From NCBI GenBank assembly GCA_040954595.2, contig CM082596.2, forward strand, positions 3,589,025 to 3,653,024: DNA of 64,000 nucleotides, given 5' to 3'. The position numbers and the translations under genes are program-made. This document shows positions 63,101-64,000 of this stretch, one piece after another; within the stretch, counting starts at the first letter, position 1, and each line of letters begins with the position of its first letter. The notes beneath the pieces are model-generated. The model was not told the DNA's origin. It ran no database searches and saw only the letters and a program-made list of their open reading frames with translations. This DNA is from Balanoglossus misakiensis (Eukaryota; Animalia; Hemichordata).

Positions 63101-63855
63101 TTTGATGAAGTTTTTACTAGATTTATTCAGAGACCATACTATAAATTATGCTCTATTGATAAGTTAGACCACTACCAGTACCCTGTCTCTGATTTTCTTA
63201 ATCGGACATTCAATACTTCACTATTAATTTGAAAAAGTGTAAATGGCACTGCATTTAAAAAACCTTACCATCAACAAGGAGTTCTGCAGCTGTCACCAAG
63301 TCTCCAAGTTGACAAGTGTACTCGGCCTCATCATGTACAGTTGTGTCTTTCACAATGAGGGAGCGTCTCCTTCCTTCAACCTTGATGATAAACCTGTCGT
63401 CATCGGGTTCAATCACTTTGCCATCCTTCAGCCAGACCACTTCAGCTTTCTCATCGGACACTTCACACGCGAGTTCAGCAGGTTCCGTCTCGTTGACTTC
63501 GACATCAGTCAAGTCTTGGGCAAATGAGAATGTTGGGATTTCTCTTTCTTCAGGAATGGTTTCTCGGGCCCTTGCCAGAATCTGTGGCTTCTCCGCCTTC
63601 ACCTCTTCCAGTTTAGTTGGTGCTTCCACGGCTTCAACCACTTGTTCTTTCTCCCAAGGTTGGAGGTCAGGCCACTCCATTTCCTCTTCTTGTTGTTTCT
63701 TCAACCATTCAATGTGTTTCAGGATGACACGGAAGTCATAGATACCATGTTCCATCAACACCTTCTCATAATCTTTGGGATTGACTCCTTTCAGTAATTC
63801 ATTGATGTCAATATCCTCCACAGGAACCTCGACTTTCTTGGCTTCTGATGGACGT
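1..63855 (-). CDS. Giant titin/twitchin/MyBP-C-like Ig-FN3 muscle protein, internal multi-exon part (111 exons, ~11,000 aa; partial at both ends)
   Basis: Continuous series of GT-AG flanked, frame-compatible exons encoding I-set Ig and titin-type FN3 domains (W..P..DGG.....Y; YEFRV.AEN.AG.G.PS); no in-frame stop when joined. Confidence 0.93.
370..666 (-). CDS. FN3 exon
   Basis: AG/GT, phase 1-1, 297 nt; EVPGAPGKP..KPPY. Confidence 0.92.
994..1290 (-). CDS. FN3 exon (divergent, lacks strand-B Trp)
   Basis: AG/GT, 297 nt; DVPGAPGVP..PAPY. Confidence 0.9.
1694..1990 (-). CDS. FN3 exon
   Basis: AG/GT, 297 nt; DIPDAPSKP..KDPY. Confidence 0.92.
2209..2799 (-). CDS. Double-FN3 exon
   Basis: AG/GT, 591 nt; two domains joined by PSFPATLKISVP. 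Confidence 0.92.
2984..3286 (-). CDS. FN3 exon
   Basis: AG/GT, 303 nt, phase 1-1. Confidence 0.92.
3418..3720 (-). CDS. FN3 exon
   Basis: AG/GT, 303 nt, phase 1-1. Confidence 0.92.
3889..4191 (-). CDS. FN3 exon
   Basis: AG/GT, 303 nt, phase 1-1. Confidence 0.92.
4312..4614 (-). CDS. FN3 exon
   Basis: AG/GT, 303 nt, phase 1-1. Confidence 0.92.
4744..5049 (-). CDS. FN3 exon (trimer type A)
   Basis: AG/GT, 306 nt, phase 1-1. Confidence 0.92.
5285..5587 (-). CDS. FN3 exon (trimer type B)
   Basis: AG/GT, 303 nt, phase 1-1. Confidence 0.92.
5751..6053 (-). CDS. FN3 exon (trimer type C)
   Basis: AG/GT, 303 nt, phase 1-1. Confidence 0.92.
6284..6589 (-). CDS. FN3 exon (type A)
   Basis: AG/GT, 306 nt, phase 1-1. 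Confidence 0.92.
6833..7135 (-). CDS. FN3 exon (type B)
   Basis: AG/GT, 303 nt, phase 1-1. Confidence 0.92.
7248..7550 (-). CDS. FN3 exon
   Basis: AG/GT, 303 nt, phase 1-1. Confidence 0.92.
7687..7989 (-). CDS. FN3 exon
   Basis: AAG acceptor/GT, 303 nt. Confidence 0.9.
8162..8458 (-). CDS. FN3 exon
   Basis: AG/GT, 297 nt; paralog of 370-666. Confidence 0.92.
8831..9127 (-). CDS. FN3 exon (divergent, lacks strand-B Trp)
   Basis: AG/GT, 297 nt; paralog of 994-1290. Confidence 0.9.
9498..9794 (-). CDS. FN3 exon
   Basis: AG/GT, 297 nt. Confidence 0.92.
9987..10577 (-). CDS. Double-FN3 exon
   Basis: AG/GT, 591 nt; paralog of 2209-2799. Confidence 0.92.
10736..11038 (-). CDS. FN3 exon
   Basis: AG/GT, 303 nt. 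Confidence 0.92.
11148..11450 (-). CDS. FN3 exon
   Basis: AG/GT, 303 nt. Confidence 0.92.
11613..11915 (-). CDS. FN3 exon
   Basis: AG/GT, 303 nt. Confidence 0.92.
12037..12339 (-). CDS. FN3 exon
   Basis: AG/GT, 303 nt. Confidence 0.92.
12492..12797 (-). CDS. FN3 exon (type A)
   Basis: AG/GT, 306 nt. Confidence 0.92.
12914..13216 (-). CDS. FN3 exon (type B)
   Basis: AG/GT, 303 nt. Confidence 0.92.
13315..13617 (-). CDS. FN3 exon (type C)
   Basis: AG/GT, 303 nt. Confidence 0.92.
13814..14119 (-). CDS. FN3 exon (type A)
   Basis: AG/GT, 306 nt. Confidence 0.92.
14245..14547 (-). CDS. FN3 exon (type B)
   Basis: AG/GT, 303 nt. Confidence 0.92.
14667..14969 (-). CDS. FN3 exon (type C)
   Basis: AG/GT, 303 nt. 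Confidence 0.92.
15095..15400 (-). CDS. FN3 exon (type A)
   Basis: AG/GT, 306 nt. Confidence 0.92.
15669..15971 (-). CDS. FN3 exon (type B)
   Basis: AG/GT, 303 nt. Confidence 0.92.
16132..16434 (-). CDS. FN3 exon (type C)
   Basis: AG/GT, 303 nt. Confidence 0.92.
16576..16881 (-). CDS. FN3 exon (type A)
   Basis: AG/GT, 306 nt. Confidence 0.92.
17017..17319 (-). CDS. FN3 exon (type B)
   Basis: AG/GT, 303 nt. Confidence 0.92.
17469..17771 (-). CDS. FN3 exon (C-like; not in ORF track)
   Basis: AG/GT, 303 nt; DPPGPPGKPTTTNVDTTKIALTW..KLPY. Confidence 0.9.
17975..18283 (-). CDS. FN3 exon
   Basis: AG/GT, 309 nt. Confidence 0.92.
18845..19147 (-). CDS. FN3 exon
   Basis: AG/GT, 303 nt. Confidence 0.92.
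19443..19745 (-). CDS. FN3 exon
   Basis: AAG acceptor/GT, 303 nt. Confidence 0.9.
20165..20461 (-). CDS. FN3 exon
   Basis: AAG acceptor/GT, 297 nt. Confidence 0.9.
20639..21223 (-). CDS. Double-FN3 exon
   Basis: AG/GT, 585 nt; linker PSDIVALKISPP. Confidence 0.92.
21399..21701 (-). CDS. FN3 exon
   Basis: AG/GT, 303 nt. Confidence 0.92.
21944..22246 (-). CDS. FN3 exon
   Basis: AG/GT, 303 nt. Confidence 0.92.
22442..22744 (-). CDS. FN3 exon
   Basis: AG/GT, 303 nt. Confidence 0.92.
22838..23137 (-). CDS. FN3 exon
   Basis: AG/GT, 300 nt; ends KPKI. Confidence 0.9.
23279..23584 (-). CDS. FN3 exon
   Basis: AG/GT, 306 nt. Confidence 0.9.
24278..24580 (-). CDS. FN3 exon
   Basis: AG/GT, 303 nt. 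Confidence 0.92.
24756..25058 (-). CDS. FN3 exon
   Basis: AG/GT, 303 nt. Confidence 0.92.
25198..25494 (-). CDS. FN3 exon
   Basis: AG/GT, 297 nt. Confidence 0.92.
25657..25959 (-). CDS. FN3 exon
   Basis: AG/GT, 303 nt. Confidence 0.92.
26134..26439 (-). CDS. FN3 exon
   Basis: AG/GT, 306 nt. Confidence 0.92.
26591..26893 (-). CDS. FN3 exon
   Basis: AG/GT, 303 nt. Confidence 0.92.
27135..27437 (-). CDS. FN3 exon
   Basis: AG/GT, 303 nt. Confidence 0.92.
27564..27866 (-). CDS. FN3 exon
   Basis: AG/GT, 303 nt. Confidence 0.92.
28134..28436 (-). CDS. FN3 exon
   Basis: AG/GT, 303 nt. Confidence 0.92.
28685..28987 (-). CDS. FN3 exon
   Basis: AG/GT, 303 nt. Confidence 0.92.
29505..29807 (-). 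CDS. FN3 exon
   Basis: AG/GT, 303 nt. Confidence 0.92.
29973..30272 (-). CDS. FN3 exon
   Basis: AG/GT, 300 nt. Confidence 0.92.
30412..30714 (-). CDS. FN3 exon
   Basis: AG/GT, 303 nt. Confidence 0.92.
30847..31446 (-). CDS. Double-FN3 exon
   Basis: AG/GT, 600 nt; linker ARDPIDVP. Confidence 0.92.
31558..31860 (-). CDS. FN3 exon
   Basis: AG/GT, 303 nt. Confidence 0.92.
32412..32714 (-). CDS. FN3 exon
   Basis: AG/GT, 303 nt. Confidence 0.92.
32950..33252 (-). CDS. FN3 exon
   Basis: AG/GT, 303 nt. Confidence 0.92.
33480..33785 (-). CDS. FN3 exon
   Basis: AG/GT, 306 nt. Confidence 0.92.
34056..34358 (-). CDS. FN3 exon
   Basis: AAG acceptor/GT, 303 nt. Confidence 0.9.
34474..34776 (-). CDS. 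FN3 exon
   Basis: AG/GT, 303 nt. Confidence 0.92.
35043..35342 (-). CDS. FN3 exon
   Basis: AAG acceptor/GT, 300 nt. Confidence 0.9.
35777..36079 (-). CDS. FN3 exon
   Basis: AG/GT, 303 nt. Confidence 0.92.
36335..36637 (-). CDS. FN3 exon
   Basis: AG/GT, 303 nt. Confidence 0.92.
36959..37258 (-). CDS. FN3 exon
   Basis: AG/GT, 300 nt. Confidence 0.92.
37457..37759 (-). CDS. FN3 exon
   Basis: AG/GT, 303 nt. Confidence 0.92.
37842..37920. repeat. Imperfect intronic inverted repeat / hairpin
   Basis: tggatacaattc ... gaattgtatcca perfect 12-bp arms, plus inner cgatatag/ctatgtcg and outer ggcat/atgcc pairing. Confidence 0.7.
37964..38266 (-). CDS. FN3 exon
   Basis: AG/GT, 303 nt. Confidence 0.92.
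38399..38701 (-). CDS. FN3 exon
   Basis: AG/GT, 303 nt. Confidence 0.92.
38836..39129 (-). CDS. First FN3 exon of the array
   Basis: AG/GT, 294 nt; DKPSQPTNLQLKEITPETVTLTWEPP. Confidence 0.92.
39314..39607 (-). CDS. Ig I-set exon (Ig/FN3 junction type)
   Basis: AG/GT, 294 nt; EPKITIEP..ITVKAG..GAPAP..W..YTLTVSN..VNVTVIVL. Confidence 0.92.
39737..40003 (-). CDS. Ig I-set exon
   Basis: AG/GT, 267 nt. Confidence 0.9.
40133..40348. repeat. Intronic direct tandem duplication, 2 x 108 bp
   Basis: 40133-40240 vs 40241-40348, three substitutions seen. Confidence 0.92.
40404..40673 (-). CDS. Ig I-set exon
   Basis: CAG(AAG) NAGNAG acceptor/GT, 270 nt. Confidence 0.88.
40911..41174 (-). CDS. Ig I-set exon
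   Basis: AG/GT, 264 nt; FECE..W.KDG..L.I.DV..D.ADYTC. Confidence 0.9.
41685..41945 (-). CDS. Ig I-set exon
   Basis: AG/GT, 261 nt. Confidence 0.9.
42162..42422 (-). CDS. Ig I-set exon
   Basis: AG/GT, 261 nt. Confidence 0.9.
42587..42847 (-). CDS. Ig I-set exon
   Basis: AG/GT, 261 nt. Confidence 0.9.
43227..43487 (-). CDS. Ig I-set exon
   Basis: AG/GT, 261 nt. Confidence 0.9.
44092..44352 (-). CDS. Ig I-set exon
   Basis: AG/GT (weak GTGTGC donor), 261 nt. Confidence 0.88.
44823..45083 (-). CDS. Ig I-set exon
   Basis: AG/GT, 261 nt. Confidence 0.9.
45588..45848 (-). CDS. Ig I-set exon
   Basis: AG/GT, 261 nt. Confidence 0.9.
46116..46376 (-). CDS. Ig I-set exon
   Basis: AG/GT, 261 nt. 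Confidence 0.9.
46801..47064 (-). CDS. Ig I-set exon
   Basis: AG/GT, 264 nt. Confidence 0.9.
47319..47585 (-). CDS. Ig I-set exon
   Basis: AG/GT, 267 nt. Confidence 0.9.
48457..48537 (-). CDS. Linker microexon (EAVEEVIPEPVIATAVASLQQPIEYTE)
   Basis: tttctctcccag acceptor, G|GTAGAG donor, 81 nt, phase 1-1. Confidence 0.7.
48703..48969 (-). CDS. Ig I-set exon
   Basis: AG/GT, 267 nt. Confidence 0.9.
49781..50335 (-). CDS. Exon with two atypical Ig-derived repeats
   Basis: AG/GT, 555 nt; 2x (IVL.T...W.D.D..TL.K....D.SDSDKYE...KD....L.IKD...DDI..Y). Confidence 0.8.
50556..50879 (-). CDS. Exon with one atypical Ig-derived repeat
   Basis: AG/GT, 324 nt; same repeat family as 49781-50335. Confidence 0.8.
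51060..51320 (-). CDS. Unique-sequence linker exon
   Basis: CAG acceptor, AAG|GTATTA donor (donor position uncertain), 261 nt, acidic open frame. Confidence 0.6.
51429..51463. repeat. Near-perfect palindrome (17-bp arms)
   Basis: aacatggagataccatt-a-aatggtatcttcatgtt, one mismatch. Confidence 0.75.
51915..52238 (-). CDS. Degenerate Ig exon
   Basis: AG/GT, 324 nt; WYKNG..L.I....EDEAVYSC. Confidence 0.8.
52965..53234 (-). CDS. Degenerate Ig exon
   Basis: AG/GT, 270 nt; WFKDG..LLIKDV..EDEAKYTC. Confidence 0.8.
53953..54300 (-). CDS. Linker + degenerate Ig exon
   Basis: AG/GT, 348 nt; WYRDD..LVIKDV..DDEAKYSC. Confidence 0.78.
54538..54807 (-). CDS. Ig I-set exon
   Basis: AG/GT, 270 nt. Confidence 0.9.
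55404..55493 (-). CDS. Linker microexon (RVQPLVSIEDVESLTVAAAAVTVATEPVI)
   Basis: ctccccag acceptor, AG|GTAATG donor, 90 nt, phase 1-1, GC-richer than flanks. Confidence 0.68.
55818..55894. repeat. (AATAG)n pentanucleotide microsatellite, ~15 units
   Basis: Perfect aatag repeats 55821-55890. Confidence 0.97.
56008..56100 (-). CDS. Linker microexon (EPVEELIVASSVSPVQTATIADFGLESPFIE)
   Basis: CAG acceptor, T|GTATGT donor, 93 nt, phase 1-1. Confidence 0.7.
56483..56749 (-). CDS. Ig I-set exon
   Basis: AG/GT, 267 nt; paralog of the Ig in 63269-63855. Confidence 0.9.
57175..57246 (-). CDS. Linker microexon (DDLALAEAEQPTVLAMAEQAIPEP)
   Basis: AAG acceptor, CAG|GTAAAC donor, 72 nt, phase 1-1. Confidence 0.65.
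57453..57670 (-). CDS. M-motif / tri-helix-bundle-like exon (RPS..DFRIIL)
   Basis: CAG acceptor, phase 2-1, 218 nt; EEINIEELLSNVEPKNYEQVLREHGVHDFRIILKHIEMMK. Confidence 0.87.
57949..58228 (-). CDS. Ig exon (MyBP-C C1-like, 3' part)
   Basis: AG/GT, phase 1-2, 280 nt; FHCKVDGYPKPTVSWFKGWKQL..DAGKYT..IQFAKMLKR. Confidence 0.88.
58426..58482 (-). CDS. Small exon encoding Ig A-strand (AKEAPFFVEKPKFADVTE)
   Basis: CAG acceptor, AAG|GTAAGC donor, 57 nt; completes the next Ig. Confidence 0.85.
58686..58955 (-). CDS. Ig I-set exon
   Basis: AG/GT, 270 nt. Confidence 0.9.
59171..59440 (-). CDS. Ig I-set exon
   Basis: AG/GT, 270 nt. Confidence 0.9.
60372..60656 (-). CDS. Ig I-set exon with P/K-rich leader
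   Basis: AG/GT, 285 nt; EPKAKPTKP leader. Confidence 0.9.
61102..61368 (-). CDS. Ig I-set exon
   Basis: AG/GT, 267 nt. Confidence 0.88.
61710..61991 (-). CDS. Ig I-set exon with P/K-rich leader
   Basis: AG/GT, 282 nt; EPEKPAKIP leader. Confidence 0.9.
62743..63024 (-). CDS. Ig I-set exon with P/K-rich leader
   Basis: AG/GT, 282 nt; EIKPAKAK leader. Confidence 0.9.
63269..63855 (-). CDS. M-motif/tri-helix-bundle-like + acidic linker + Ig exon
   Basis: TAG acceptor, phase 2-1, 587 nt; RPS..DIDINELLKGVNPKDYEKVLMEHGIYDFRVILKHIEWLK then I-set Ig. Confidence 0.9.
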
Positions 63856-64000
63856 CTAAAAATCAAGCAAATCATATTCCATACAGCACATTCTATCATA
63901 TGTTTAAGCAGTCAAGACAATCAATCAATATTTTCATTTCCTAATGTGAATTGCATTGATTACACTCAAGTACATGTAAGTGTGACTGTTAATAATCAAA

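Noticed and set aside
287-63741. Many + strand ORFs (e.g. 2151-2585, 12466-13035, 63316-63741)
   Set aside because: Antisense shadows of the repetitive FN3/Ig exons; no independent domain signal
1-64000. Assigning the symbol TTN, unc-22 or MYBPC, or naming a species
   Set aside because: No kinase or terminal regions in the window and the architecture fits none exactly; orthology needs phylogeny

Overview
The whole 64-kb window lies inside one eukaryotic (metazoan, probably invertebrate) protein-coding gene on the minus strand. Neither the start nor the end of the gene is in the window. I traced 111 GT-AG exons by eye, encoding roughly 11,000 aa of a giant titin/twitchin/MyBP-C-superfamily Ig/FN3 muscle protein. 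In transcript order (high to low coordinates) it has: (i) two modules with an RRPS PKA-type site followed by a MyBP-C/twitchin-like tri-helix-bundle motif carrying a DFRxxL sequence, set among I-set Ig domains and short linker microexons; (ii) about 6 atypical Ig-derived repeats; (iii) a tandem run of 15 Ig domains; (iv) at least 78 consecutive FN3 domains with no interspersed Ig. The FN3 array is organised into a 3-domain sub-repeat and a 16-domain, ~7.8-kb super-repeat. Almost every exon is a symmetric phase-1, one-domain cassette. The introns show features of regulated splicing: UGCAUG clusters, long AG-free pyrimidine tracts and AAG acceptors. No RNA genes, CRISPR arrays or recognisable transposase or reverse-transcriptase ORFs were seen. 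Exon boundaries and counts were read manually and need RNA-seq confirmation.
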